Positions 1-14,800 of a DNA stretch of 64,000 nt are shown in pieces. Under the pieces are notes generated by a model that was given only the letters and a program-made list of their open reading frames with translations, did not search any database and was not told the DNA's origin. Both the position numbers and the translations under genes were made by a program. Each line of letters begins with the position of its first letter. The stretch's first letter is position 1. This DNA comes from Eledone cirrhosa. Lineage: Eukaryota. The stretch is taken from contig OZ024750.1 in the NCBI GenBank assembly GCA_964016885.1, forward strand, positions 46,686,001-46,750,000, read 5' to 3'.

Positions 1-918
1 CTTAAATATGTGTAAAATATTTTATTTTATAACGGAGAAGCGGGAATGAATGTGGAATAACGTAAATGAGCAATGAAAGACACGTTTCCTGTTACTGTTG
101 ACGAGTAAATCAATCATAAGATACAATCTGGGCATTACCATGTCTTACTTGTATCTACAACATTTGTGTACATTTCCAATCTCCTTTACATCTGGTAAGG
201 GATAATTAAACCATCTGACTGCTATTTCCAGCATGTCAAGCTATCAAGTACATACACTCTCATTGAGTTGTATTTCCGTTTGATGATTCGTAAAACATAA
301 GATATACGCATGTATTTGTTACAATGTAATAATATATGACCCACCCATACGTGATTGCTGTTGAGGACACAACATGTCTGGATGGTGAACAGGTTCGCTT
401 AATAAACATACAATAACTGGTTCGATTCCACTGCCTATTCTATTGGAAAAGTGTCATTTGCCATAACTTAACATCGACACCAGTTTGGTATATGAACTAC
501 TTGTATGTGTGCGAAATAGTGTAGATGGAAACTATTTAAAAACCCTCTTGCCTACGAGGAACAGAATAGAAATGCACTCCGAGATACTATGATTACGAAG
601 CAAAGGTCTTCGAAGTTGTACCATGTTAAATAGGGTCTGTAAAACAACATTTATTTTTGCTATGATCCTTGCTTGATTCCCACTTAATAACCCCTTTAAA
701 TTAATCGTTGTTATTATTGAACTTAATATACATTGTCACTTAACTTAGAACTATTGCAGTTCTTACATGCAATAAAAGGCGTTCGTTTTATATATTTATA
801 AAAACTCATTCTTTAATGGTTTTCGCTTCGATTAAAAAAGCAAACTGAATTCATGAGAGTTCATTTATCATTTGTATCGAACATTAGATTTGTTCACTTA
901 AAATATGTATGTATGCAA

Positions 919-1000
<82 letters not shown>

Positions 1001-1010
1001 ATATATACTT

Positions 1011-1047
1011 TCCTCAGACGAAGAGATATTATCTCGAAATATCAGGA
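1011..1047 (+). ncRNA. Minimal type-I hammerhead-like motif (core variant CAGACGA)
   Basis: TCCT-CAGACGA-a-GAGAT att ATCTC-GAA-ATAT-C-AGGA: stems I and II plus a palindromic stem III; one core mismatch at position 4. Confidence 0.6.
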
Positions 1048-1180
1048 TATATAAATAAATTAAGGTAAAAGACTAATTGTCAGCTTTATCTTTTGCATAT
1101 ATATTTATTTTCTATATCCAAACCTGCATCGTTCTGGCCTTCTAACACAATGCTTCAAGTAAACTACCAATTCCTTCTTT

Positions 1181-1251
<71 letters not shown>

Positions 1252-1252
1252 G

Positions 1253-1342
<90 letters not shown>

Positions 1343-1363
1343 CACACACACACATATATATAT

Positions 1364-1476
1364 AACGAAGGAAATGTGGTAAGGAACCAGGTGGACCATA
1401 ACGCACCAAAGTAATCAATACTAAGGGTAGTAGAGTGGGTAATAGGAACAAGTAAGACTCCGGGGTCATACTTGTT

Positions 1477-1480
<4 letters not shown>
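1364..1480. mobile_element. Fold-back family A copy (PLE-type terminus), apex at the predicted hammerhead cleavage site
   Basis: GAAGGAAATGTGGTAAGGAACCAGGTGGACC...AGTAAGACTCC|GGGGTCATACTTGTTCCTA, flanked by (TA)n. Confidence 0.8.
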
Positions 1481-1518
<38 letters not shown>

Positions 1519-1519
<1 letters not shown>

Positions 1520-1699
1520 GTTATTCCGGGTTGAATCGGAGGTAACCACAGTAAGTAAGGTACTCAATACATTGCAGAGTATAACAGTTTTAATATAGAT
1601 GAGATTCTACAGGACTAGAACTGTTTCATTCTTTAGAAATCGTCAGAGATTCCTGATGATTACTAAAGAATGAAACAGTTCTAGTCCTGTAGAATCTCA

Positions 1700-1704
<5 letters not shown>
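1519..1704. mobile_element. Fold-back PLE terminus with truncated hammerhead halves and a 3' tail
   Basis: Inverted arms ~1594-1646 and 1653-1704 contain CTGAYGA..GAAACAGTTCTAGTC. Tail ~1519-1590, (TA)n on both sides. Related copy at ~27905-27995. Confidence 0.65.
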
Positions 1705-1737
<33 letters not shown>

Positions 1738-1740
1738 CGT

Positions 1741-2028
1741 AAAGGTAAAGACCCCTTTCGGTCAAGAAAGACCAGGGGATTTGCACCTAGAAAGTTTTCC
1801 TCCGAGGCACAAGTCTAGGCTATGTTGTTTGTGGAAGACCAATAGTAGCCCATGCATACCAGTCTCCCCCTCTCCACGCCACCCATGAGGTCCAAGGGAA
1901 AGGAAATGGCTGCTACAGCTTGGCACCAGTGACGTCGCAACTCATTTCTATAGCTGAGTAAACTGGAGCAACGTGAAATAAAGTGTCTTCCTCAAGGAAA
2001 CAATACATCATCCGGTCCGAGAATTGAA

Positions 2029-2031
<3 letters not shown>
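1741..2031 (-). mobile_element. tRNA-derived SINE family 2 (5' truncated)
   Basis: B-box GAGTTCAATTC on the minus strand, plus a central domain (ttgctccagtttactcagct...gttgcgacgtcactggtgcc) shared with 62175-62470. Confidence 0.75.
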
Positions 2032-2072
<41 letters not shown>

Positions 2073-2075
2073 TAA

Positions 2076-2600
2076 TTATGTATACGTACATATATATATG
2101 AATTCAGACGTACAGTAGTATGTATATATATACATACATGCACACATATATATATATATATGCGTATGGGTTTACCGAACATTTATTATAATTGTTTCTT
2201 CTTTAGGCACAAGGCCAGCAATTACCCAGTGCATTACTAGTACTTTATTCTATCGACCCCGTAAGGATGAAAGGCAAAGTCAACCTCGGCGGGATTTGAA
2301 CTCAGATCGTAAAGGGACGTAACTATGCTGGAAAGCATGGCGTCCGACCCTCTACCGATACTGCCAATCCACCGAACATTTATTATAATGCTCGGTTTGT
2401 CAGTGTCGAACAGAAGGGCAACGGTGGTTGCTAAACACTGTACGGCTTAACTCGGGCTGTTTGTTTACAAACAAACCGAGCATTATAATAAATGTTCGGT
2501 AAACCCATACGTACATATATATATATATATGTGTGCATGTATGTATATATTTACATACTACTGTACGTCTGTATACATATATGTATGTACGTATACATAC
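2076..2600. repeat. Fold-back inverted repeat interrupted by a SINE
   Basis: Left arm 2076-2190 plus 2375-2400 is the reverse complement of ~2471-2600; (TA)n flanks. Confidence 0.75.
2191..2374 (-). mobile_element. tRNA-derived SINE family 1, full length with TSD
   Basis: A box TGGCAGTATCGG, B box GAGTTCAAATCC, core GCCTTTCATCCTTACGGGGTCGATA..AGTAC. TSD aacatttattataat at 2178-2192 and 2375-2389. Confidence 0.9.
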
Positions 2601-2662
2601 ATATATTTACGTAACAGCCGTACTAAGAGAGAGAAATGAAATTTCGTTTCATTTTTTCCATT

Positions 2663-2694
<32 letters not shown>

Positions 2695-2933
2695 TATGTA
2701 TACATATAGAGAAGAAAAGATGAAATCGAAAATGCAACTGGAGTTGAGACTCCAGTTGTAATTTTGATTTCATCTTTTTTTCTTTATACTTTCACTCGTG
2801 TAGGACACCTCGGTTATTTTTCATTTTGTAAAAAAACCTCACTTTCTAATAATGTATATATATATATATAAATATATATATATATTTATATACATATATA
2901 TATATTTATATACATACATAAATATATATTTAT

Positions 2934-3028
<95 letters not shown>

Positions 3029-3031
3029 CAT

Positions 3032-3100
<69 letters not shown>

Positions 3101-3103
3101 CAT

Positions 3104-3135
<32 letters not shown>

Positions 3136-5365
3136 GCAGCTGTACTGTGGGCGTATTTGGATTCCGAACTGAATCGCAATAATTACGACGTGCCATACTA
3201 TTAATAACTGTTGATGTTTCTAGAGATTTAATGACTGTTTTTTAATGTTTGATACTTTAAAATAACAAATGATCGACATCTTGTTTTTTTTTGGTCTCGT
3301 ATGTTTTCAACGATATATTATTCATGTATTTCCAGTGATAAAGTATAAAGTAACATTAGAGTATGGGTCAAATAATGTTTTGCAAGTCACGCCATTTTCT
3401 CGGCTTTGTTTATTTAAATTATTGATTAAATGTTTATATCACGTGAGTTGGTTGTGTGAACATTTGTAACGAATATAATTGGCTTATTTCCCCTCTACAA
3501 ACTAAAATGTTGTGTCGGATCTCCATCAGTTCAGACGAGTAATGTTCCACTTTTTCGATGAAACAAACATAATTTTTGTAACCTCTTGTCTTGTGAGGCT
3601 CAACCCCACCAGTTGCAGACTGCGCATTAACATGTTATATATCTCCCCACACAGTCCGATCACCAGCAGCAGAGTTCAAAGGGAAAAAATCAAGTCCAGT
3701 CTATATTGACATTGTCAAGCCATCGTTTTGGCTGCCGGCCTCTGCTTCTTTTACCAGCCAACTTTCCTTTCAGGCATAACCTACTCACACCACGAGTTGA
3801 TCTGTTTATATGGTCGTATAGTTGAGTCAATTGATGTTCGTGACATTAACGTGCTATTAATTGACTTGGCTCAGCATTTCACAGACACGTGTATCTTTAA
3901 GATAGTTCGCAGGGAGATTCAGTTTGATACAATATTTGTTAAATCCTGTGAGATGAATTACAATACAATGTCTTTGTTAGCAAGGTTGAATGTTGCAACA
4001 TTAAATAATGTTTTATGTCCAAGGACGTAACGCAACGTGCCATACGGTTGTGAGCACCCCCTCCCCTAACCAATAGTCACCATTCTTTTCAACCCTGGAA
4101 TATCCATAACATCTGGATTGTCCTTTTCATGTAAAATATCACGTAATAATTTATGGTTTTACGATACAGTTTTCTGTAGATGAAATATCAAATGTAAGGC
4201 GTTTGTTACCTTATTTCAGATGAAATACAGTGGCTAAATATTGAACAAATTAGACAAAAGTAATCTGGAAAACTGAGGTATATAGAAATATAGTAATTCT
4301 GGTGTTTGGAACATACTTTGATACCTGCATGAAATTATGTTAGAAGGCTTTTAGATAAACATATTTTAACATTTCTATTAGTCTAAATGATTAGGAATTT
4401 GGAGGAATTTAGCAATATATATATTTTGATATATGGAACATAAATTAACAAAAGTTATTAAATAAAATTATGATCCAAAATTTTGAAATAAATATAAGGA
4501 AAGACTTAAATAATCGACCTTTTAACTTAGAGCTAAGGTTGATTTCATATCGCAAGTGTTAAATATATATATTTTGTGTTTAAAGTAAATATTTATAATG
4601 GTACACATACTTTTACATGTACTTTTACTGTACAACTTTATCTCAGTTGAAGGAAACAATAATAATACCTTATATATTTCAAAATTGTATTTGAGCGTTT
4701 GAGTTTCATTGGTATTCAATGTATTGTTGATAATTATGTTAACAATAAGGATTATTAACGTTCTGTTTAACGTATCATATTAAATGTATATTTTCCCCAA
4801 ATATTTAAGAAAATCCACATTTATTTGTGCGCGTAATATTTGCTTGACAGATTAACAACCGCCATTCTTAAAAATAGCGTTTTTGTTTCTTAAAAGCAAA
4901 TGAAAAATAAATATCCAAACACATGAGAGCAGAATATAAAACAAACATAGCAATCAACCTTGTATACATAGAGGATAGAATAACATATATTTTAATGGGA
5001 AGGTTCGAATAACGTCCTAAATACAAACAAATCATTGAACACATATAATATGATATGCAATTGAAACGATGGCAGAATACAAAACAGCAAATTGATACTA
5101 TTAAGTGAAGCCGACTAAATCTAAGGATGTATTGTTCTAAAAACCAGTACAAATAACAGTTAATTGTTTGTGTGGGTGTGTGTATATGTGTGTATATGTA
5201 TGTGTGTGTGTATGTGTGTTTGTATGTGTATGAAAACAACATAATTACAGTTGCACCGCGTTTCATATTTCTGACATTCAAATAGCATACACACATACAC
5301 ACACACAGACACACACAGACACACAGACACACACACACACAAATAAAAAAACACACACATATATT

Positions 5366-5444
<79 letters not shown>

Positions 5445-5487
5445 GAAAGGTATAGAAAACATTGTAGCAAAAAGCCAACAGTATTCC

Positions 5488-5521
<34 letters not shown>

Positions 5522-6679
5522 CAGAAGGGATATTCAATTTTGTTGGTAATTCAACAAATATAAATGTTTATAACTGATTCAGAGCCACTCGACAGCATTT
5601 CTGGAGTATAATATTCAATGATATTAAATAAATGGAAACTATATTTATAATACCATATTTATTATATTATATACGTTAAAACAATGAAATAAAAATTCAA
5701 GTGATTAGGAATATACTTCACTGCTTTACGATCGTATCTAGGTGATAATAATACATCGTACGCATATTTCGTTATCGATCTATGTAAGGTTAGTTACAAA
5801 ATATAAAATAAGGAATATATTTACCTACGTGTATATCGTCAGCCGTTGTCAAAAGCATTGAAAATGTTATTCAAAATCAATAGTAAAGTGAGTTCTATGA
5901 CCTTATTTTGGAGGTAGCTGAAGAACAAACCAATCAAATGGTGTTTTGCCATATGATGTTAAGACGAAATATAACTCACTCTAGTTAAGGTCATGACCTT
6001 TTGAAAGGATGGTTGAATGGTGTTAAAAATAGATTTACTATGAAGAATCTATGAACAAAAAGGGATTGTTGTATTGATAGTGGAATGTAGATTGTGGAGT
6101 GAAGTTTAAAAAGGGATGTAAAAATTATATGTTGAGTTGTGTTGTAAGGAGTTTTTATGTGAATATAAATAAAGAAATATAAAGTATACGGAAATAACTG
6201 GGATAAACATAGATAGGTAAAGTAATGTACATAACTAGGAAGGATAGTACATTAAAAGATGACAATTATAATAATCTAATAAAATACAATAATATAATTT
6301 TTCTACTTTAGGCACAAGGGCAGCAATTAACCAGTGCATTACTGGTACTTTATTTGATCGACCCCGTAAGAATGAAAGGCAAAGTCAACCTCGGTAATAT
6401 AATAATATAATATAATGTAATATAATATAGTACATTATGGTACATTGTACATAGTATAGTATAGCGTATGATGTATCATAAAATATAAAATAGTAAATAT
6501 TTTCAAGTGGGTCTATGTATAGGTAATCAATCCCAAATAAATGCATGTTGACATATAGCCAAAACGCATAATTTTCTTAGATAACAAAAGTACATGTACT
6601 CAAATACATAGATAGAGGTATAATTACACTCCATTAAAAACATACATACGCATACATAGATACACACATACACATATAC

Positions 6680-6713
<34 letters not shown>

Positions 6714-6767
6714 ACATATATATATACACACACCTACATGTACATACACACGCACACATACACATAT

Positions 6768-6809
<42 letters not shown>

Positions 6810-6968
6810 TCTTATCATAAATACAATTACAGGTAATTATGCAATTACAGGTGGTTATGTACCTGATGCCCTTAGTCAGTAACGTATGAATCAATGGAAG
6901 ATAAAAAATCGCTGCTTTCACCCTTAACGGGATCTTCTGAAATTTATTATTATTACTATATATATATA

Positions 6969-8258
6969 TTTCGTTTCTGAATTTGTTTAGCAAGATTCTT
7001 TATCTGAAATCGTGTGTTGAAACCGATATTGTTATACTTTGGGAGGGTCATGTTGCCAATAAGAAACACACGCACCAGTGCTTTCACTTCAATTTATTAT
7101 ATATTTATAAATTTACAAATTTACAAACCTATAAATTTCTGGTTGGTTGGTTGGTTCTACAACCAGATAGTTGTTTATATATAGTCATAGTCCTTTCGTC
7201 ACACACTCTGTGACCTCTTCAGTGACTGGGGATTCCTTTCTTCGTTTCTGTGCCTTTCCTTTCTTCTATCCTACGCCATTTTGTTTCTATGTGTGTGTTG
7301 TGTGCTCAGTTTGCGCATGCGCCACATCCGGGTGTCTGTGTGTGTTTGTGTTCATTTATCTATTTGTTTATTTATTTATTTATTTATTGTTGGTTGGTTG
7401 TTTGTTCTATGTGTGTGTGTGTTTTCATTTTCTCCTTAATTGTAAGTTGTGATGTTGCTGTTCCACTCATATTTTCTATTTAATTTTGGTTTTAATTCTT
7501 TTATGCTTACTGCCTCTGTAATTTGTCTAAACATTGCGTCTTTTCTGTGTGTGGATTCTATTTTTATTTCTATGCTCTCTAATCTACCCCTGTGTTCTAT
7601 CTTAGCATGTTGGTAGAGCACAGATGATTCTTTATTATCTTGAAGGTCTCGCCAGTGTTCATTTATTCGTTCCCCTATACTACGAGCTGTCTCACCTGTG
7701 TACACTATATTTTTGTTTCTACATTGTCCTTCAGTACATCTTATGCTATACACTACATTTCTAGTTTTACAGTTAATATGGGGGCTTATTTTACAGGTTA
7801 TACATTTCTTATATATACATGAGGGTCTTTGGAACGGGTATGTCTTGCTAATAAGTGTTTTTACGGAGGTACCAGGTCTTTCTACTATCTTAATATTGAG
7901 ATTATGTTTATTTAGGGTCCTTCTAAATTTGTAGGCTAGTTCGCCTCTGGGGTTGTATTGATGAACATTACACTCTGAGCACACAACACACAGAAACAAA
8001 ATGGCGTAGGATAGAAGAAAGGAAAGGCACAGAAACGAAGAAAGGAATCCCCAGTCACTGAAGAGGTCACAGAGTGTGTGACGAAAGGACTATGACTATA
8101 TATAAACAACTATCTGGTTGTAGAACCAACCAACCAACCAACAGGAAATTTATAGGTTTGTAAATTTGTAAATTTATAAATATATAATAAATTGAAGTGA
8201 AAGCAACTGGTGCGTGTGTTTCTTATTGGCAACATGACCCTCCCAAAGTATAACAATA
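6969..8258 (-). mobile_element. 5'-truncated Penelope-like element with an inverted pseudo-LTR
   Basis: ORF 7436-7999 encodes a GIY-YIG endonuclease (C..C..C, NVVYSIRC, YTGETARSIGERINEH, EA..I...KPKLN). 7980-8258 is the inverted copy of ~7027-7305. (TA)n flanks. Confidence 0.9.
8053..8097 (+). ncRNA. Minimal hammerhead ribozyme in the PLE pLTR (mirror copy 7183-7227, -)
   Basis: AGTCA-CTGAAGA-g-GTCAC agagtgt GTGAC-GAA-AG ga CT-A-TGACT. Confidence 0.8.
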
Positions 8259-8295
8259 TATATATATATATATATTTATTTATATATATATATAT

Positions 8296-8495
8296 AACGA
8301 AGGAGGTGTGGGAAGGAACCAGATGGACCATAACGCACCAGAGTGCTCAATACTTAGGGTAGTAGAGTGGGTAATAGGAACATGTTTAACCCTGACGGCA
8401 GAGCTCAAGCCGTTTCTACGTGTATTTCAGTCCAGAAAACAGAAATAGCCGTCGAAACGGCTTGAGCTCTGCCGCCGGCATTAAGTATTTTCCTA
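8296..8495. mobile_element. Fold-back family A copy (subfamily B)
   Basis: Family A tail plus inverted arms around ~8432; (TA)n flanks. Confidence 0.8.
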
Positions 8496-9455
8496 TATAT
8501 AAATATATGTCTGTGTGTGTATATATATATATTAAGACAGTAGCCCATGGTCGCCGGTAAATTTTCACCACAAAATAGATTCATTAATTTATATTTCTTG
8601 TCAGACAATTTCTCCCGCGTGCCTCGTCTTCCGTTACTTATACCCCATGATCTTTCCCCAAGGATCGTCAATATTCCCCTAGGTGGTTTCTATGGAACTT
8701 TACCACAGTGGAGCTATTTATTCGAGTGATATCAGTAGCTTGCTGAGTAATTTATCTCGAGCATCTTCCTGTAAATTTCGTTCGTCGCTGCGAGGAAAAT
8801 TCTTTGCCTCACAGCGAAAACAATGCCCGCTGCTGAAGGTGACGAATTGAATGAGTCGACCAATAAAAGTCCGAACTATTTATATTATCTTGCCTTTTTG
8901 GTTTTCTGTTCTTTTGTTTTTTTTTCAGAATTTAGAAACTTCAATTGCCCAAAACTTTTCAGTAGGTTACAAATTTCGAAAAATATATGCGGATTTTTCT
9001 AGGACGCAACGTGTCCGAACTTCAAATATAAAGTGTATATAGTTAAATATCTAATAAACAACACAATATAATTATTCCATGGAGTAATTATATTGTATTG
9101 TATATTAGATAATTATATAGCTCTGTACTATACATTGAGAATTCTTCTTTCCTTTAGATTTTCAACGGAAATCCTTAACACACACACATACGCACACATA
9201 TATACACACATACACACACACACGTGCACTCACACACATATGCACTCACACAACATGAAATATTCAAACCAACGCCTATAAGGAGGGACCTGCGATTGAT
9301 ATCAAAACTTGCACAGCACAGCAAAAATGTATTTAATAATATCAATAGAAATGTACTTTACGTCAGCATTTCCAATAATAGACTTAACGAGGAAAACACT
9401 GAAAGAGTTTAAAATATACTTCTTATATGAAATTTACCTACTCATGTTTCAACTC

Positions 9456-9871
<416 letters not shown>

Positions 9872-9873
<2 letters not shown>

Positions 9874-10097
9874 TTCACCGTATTTTGACTAAAGGAATTT
9901 TAGCCTGATAATGGGGTTTAGAACCCCCAGATAAATGTAAAAAGATGAGAATTGACGTACGACAATACTCATCTTTTTCCATTTATCTGACGGTTCTAAA
10001 CCCCATTATCAAGCTAAAATTCCTTTAGTCAAAAATAAGGTCAAAGCTATTCTATTTTCTAATTTTTAACCTGCTCACTGTTTCAAAACATACTTAC
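9872..10097. repeat. Fold-back inverted repeat with a one-sided tail
   Basis: 9872-9957 is an imperfect reverse complement of 9960-10046, between TA tracts. Confidence 0.7.
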
Positions 10098-10112
10098 TTA
10101 TATATATATATA

Positions 10113-10304
10113 TAACAAAGGAATTGTGGTAAGGAACCAGATGGACCATAACGCACCAGAGTACTCAATACTTAGGGTAGTAGAGTGGGAAATAGGAAAA
10201 AGAATAACCCCGACGCCAGAGCTCAAGCCGTTTCCACGGCTATTCCTGGACTCAATAGAAATAGCCGTCGAAACGGCTTGAACTCTGCCGCCAGGATCAT
10301 TATT

Positions 10305-10310
<6 letters not shown>
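10113..10310. mobile_element. Fold-back family A copy (subfamily B, diverged)
   Basis: Same tail and GCCGTCGAAACGGCTTGA arm. Confidence 0.8.
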
Positions 10311-10342
<32 letters not shown>

Positions 10343-11069
10343 ATGTGTGTGTGTGTGTGTATCTATATACTTATGTATATACATATATGGTGAGAGATGC
10401 AAGGCTTTTCATAATTGTACGAATTGCCCGATTTCTAAATGGAAACTAATAAGGATAAAAAGGAAAATTATTGGAAATTATTATGTTTTATCGATTTTTT
10501 TTTTAAATGATCAAAAAGCAAGACGGAGGGAGAAACATACCGTATCTTCAAACAAACAAGTATATTACTCTCACATAGCCTGGGGGTATATATCATTAAC
10601 CAAAGAATCTACACTCCCTTACTAAACTGGAACAGAATATTTCCTCTCAACTCGACCAATCACTGTATAGGTTTCAAGCTAGTGACATACTAATGGAATG
10701 TAAGTGATATCTTTACCATTTCTACTGTTCTGCCTAATTCTATGTTATATATTTGCAGGATATTATAGCTTGATTTCTAAATAATATCTCTTTTTCAGAC
10801 CAAGCTTTCATTAAGTGGCTATGAATTCTGGAACCTACGTCGTTTTCCTCGATGAGCATTTGTTACTCTACCAAATAAATCAAGGTGTAGGTGGCTGAGT
10901 ATTTCACAGAAGCGTGTAAACAAACGAAGATTCAGCACACTAAATGCAATATAAAACATGATTAAGTAAATACAAAATAAATAAACAAGCAAGCAAATAA
11001 AAAAGTAATATACCACAATACTCTGTCGTTCTACGTAAACATAATATTAAAACTTTTACTTTTATCCTC

Positions 11070-11235
11070 GATTATTTGGTCACCGTCGAAACCCCAGGCG
11101 TACTTGTACTCCGTGCTGCAGAACTCCTCCGCAGGGTCAAAACTTCAGCAGGAGCCTAGTGAGATGCATCGGATGTTGCAACAGTTGTCGCTGAACATTT
11201 TCCACGAGATTGCTTTTGTGGTCTTGTCCGTGGAG
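11070..11235 (+). mobile_element. Decayed 3' end of an RLE-type (CRE-like) non-LTR retrotransposon
   Basis: Frameshifted translation VTVETPGVL..AAELLRRV/..EPSEMHRMLQQLSLNIFHEIA resembles the CRE C-terminus (AVETLG..ELGRR..EPRE..LFQRLS.AIQRGNA). Confidence 0.4.
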
Positions 11236-12098
11236 CGCAGCGCCCTTACCACCGTGCTCCCTCTAGCCCCATAGTCCAACCACTCTCTCCCCCACCTTCC
11301 CATTTTTCTGTGACATTGGAGCCCTTGCCTTTCGCTTCCTTTTCTGTTTTTTTTTAAATATTTTCTTATATTACATTCACTTATTTCTTCTTAATCTATA
11401 TTCTTTTTTTTTCTATTATATACAGGGGAGCAAAACAGTCTGACTGTATATTTGAATTTATTTTCAAATAAGGATAAACACGGTTGACTGGCATAGCATA
11501 TGAGGAGAACGAATCCACAGCAACAAGAATACAGCGGGGCAAGGCCAATGTGATGCTGACAATATGTCCTTGACCTGTTTTATGACAAAATATTGGAGTA
11601 ATGTTGTTGTAAATGACATTTTTGTACTACATGACACTGGCATGATATGTGATGTTTAGCATTCTAAATATCGTTGTTATTCTGATTGAAGTTGGTATAC
11701 AGGATGACATTGGCGTAATAAATGGTAACCGACTAAATATTCTTATGGAATGAGGGTCGTATATTAAATGATGTAGTTCTGCTACCTGGCGGTGACATAC
11801 TGGATCAAGCCAGTTACATTGGTAAACGAGAGGACGCCATGAATGTCGCTGATATATTATGTACCTCTGGCCTGCAATATGGCGTTGACAACTAAATATC
11901 GTTAACATAGAAAATGAGGAGGACAAGCTAATTTACATTGACATACTAAATGACGAAAGGTAAACAATGTTCGGTGTTTGAAATTTTCCTCTTTTTTAGT
12001 GAGGACAAAGTTTGAAAGGATTGAGAGTACAATGAAAATGGTTAAAAGAAAGAACATGAAAGAAAGAAATGTCTGTCTCGAAAACACAGATACTAATA

Positions 12099-12232
12099 AT
12101 TGTTCCTACTTTATGGCACAGGGCCAGAAATTATCCCAGTATATTACTGGTACTTTATATTATCGACCCCGTAAGGATGAAAGGCAAAGTTAACCTCGGC
12201 GGGATTTGAACTCAGTCCGTAAAGGGACGTAC
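12099..12232 (-). mobile_element. SINE family 1 (5' truncated)
   Basis: tcgaccccgtaaggatgaaaggcaaagttaacctcggcgggatttgaactc. Confidence 0.85.
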
Positions 12233-12567
12233 CTGTGCAATAATGCGAATGTATATAAAGACATATAAGCAACGCATTCCTGTAATGACACACATTCTCG
12301 CACTTAAATCAATCGCATATATATACAAAAGCATACACATTGACAGAAGCATACACATTGACACACATATATATTACAACTACGTTTACAGACACACATA
12401 TACAAGCATATACTGTATATGTTCCTTAAAGGAGTAATTCAAATCGATAAACGTGAATCCTACATACGCATTCAAGCAGAACAATAACTCATCAAAATAC
12501 AGGCACATATACACACATACACAAATACACACAAATATATACATGAACTCACTCCCTCACTCACAAG

Positions 12568-12758
<191 letters not shown>

Positions 12759-14039
12759 TCATACAATATTCAGCAAAATTATGTATCCTCAGTTTTCTTT
12801 CTCAATTTTCAAATAATTCTTTATATTTACAATGTATATTCTGATCAATATAATTTATGAGCGTCTTATCATTAGATTCACCGGTAAACGTAATAAAACT
12901 GAGAAAATATAATATATATTTTATATTGACATAATTATGTCACTCCGATAAAGTCTGTCATACCATATGTATATTATTAAACATTTTAAAAAAACTAAAG
13001 ATAAACATCTTCTGAAATGAATTTGTTTTGGAATATTTTGAAGCTGAATAAACGAATGAGTGAATCTGCCATGGGTTTTGAAGAAAGATGGCTCCAGTTG
13101 TTCGAACTTTTGAACTATCTATTCAATGTTTTATGATCTAATTATATTCCTGAAATATTTCAATCCTCATGTAATATTCATATAAACATGGTTTGCTATT
13201 GGGTGTAACAGGAGGGGTCATTTAATTACAGGTACATTTCAACCTTTAATCTCACAATGTTTAATCTTCCAATGTTACTCATAATTCCTTAACAAATTCA
13301 GTGCTATTGTAGAAATCACTCGCCCAAAATATTACATATTAAGAAATAATATGAAATTCGGCTTTAAGGAGGTAATTAATTTCCTCGTTTTTATTTCATT
13401 TAATCACCACAGAATCGGTTAAACGTCGGATAGAATGCATTGCAGTCTTCGTTCCTGTTTTCTGCTATCTGAGTTCAAATCGCATCGAGGTGAATTTTAC
13501 TTATCATCCTTTCGAAGTCGATAAAGAAAACACTAGTCTAGTACTGTGGACTAATCTTCCTCTATATCTCCTTCTCACTTCCTTTCCTTCACTCTCTCTC
13601 TTTCACTGGAAATAATAGAATCGATCAGCTATAAAACTGCCACAGAAAAGGCCGTTGTCAATATGCGACCGATACAATTCCATCAAGATTTCCGACTCCT
13701 TACCATACCAAACACAGGAATTCGGTAGGCGGCAGGAAGGAATGTATTCTAAGATCAAACACCGGGTAAGTATGTTGTAACCTAGATAGATAGAATAGAT
13801 GGTTATACCAATTCATTGTACAAGACTGGTATTATATTATCTTCCGCAGAAAAAATAAAGATAATGTCGAACTCGACAGGAATTGAACTCGAAACCCACG
13901 AACAAATGACTAAACAACGTAAGATAAATTTGTAAATCAATATTTTACAAATGCAAAAGCCGACAGCTATTTACGCCCCCACACACGCATACACACACAC
14001 ACACATATATATATATATGTATATAATAATATATATATT

Positions 14040-14800
14040 AAAAAAGACACTTAGCAGCAGAAACTGCTCACCATTCCTAATCACTAATGGATTCCAACGT
14101 GCCCTAAGACTAGACATCCAGGAACTCAGAAACCCCAAACCCAGGAATGAACCGTAATAAAAACTCTACCATACATCTCTACACACAATCCCCTCACCAA
14201 TGAGGCATTCGACACCATCCTCAGAACATTCCTTTACTAAAAAGAGACCCAAGATTGAACAATATCCTCCAAACACACAACATCATAAAGAACAAAAGAC
14301 AACCCAAATCCATAAAAAACATCCTCACACAAGCCAAAATCCAACAAACCCTCACAATCAACCCTACAGTAACAAAATGCGGAAGGCCCAACTGTGGCAT
14401 ATGCATAAATCTAATAGAAGGTTCAACATTCCATTTTAAACAAGGACAAGTTTCACAGTTAAACACAACTTTACATGTGCATGGAAACCTTATCTATGTT
14501 TTGACCTGCTCAGGTTGTCAAGAGCACTACATAGGACAGACAAAGAACAGCCTCCGTCAACGTATGACCGTCCATAAATCACAAATTAAAATACAGTAAT
14601 AGAGAAAGATTGAATTAATGAACATATCGCCAATTGTGCTCTCAACCAACATCCAAACTTAAAGATTTTCCCCATTTACAAATTCATAGACAACGCTACT
14701 TTCATCCAGCGTACCAATAAGGAAACACATTTCATTAATAAATTTCAACCACTACTCAATGCTCTAAAAATCGGACCAATCAAAAACTGCAACAAACCAT
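14040..14800 (+). mobile_element. Decayed Penelope-like element, GIY-YIG region
   Basis: KCGRPNCGIC...NLIYVLTCSGCQEHYIGQTKNSLRQRMTVH, then KETHFINKFQPLLN; stops and frameshifts present. Confidence 0.85.

Noticed and set aside
3140-4045. Possible DNA transposon remnants here and at 8540-9012 (ends in gcaacgtg)
   Set aside because: No matching TIR pair, TSD or recognisable transposase motif could be established by eye.
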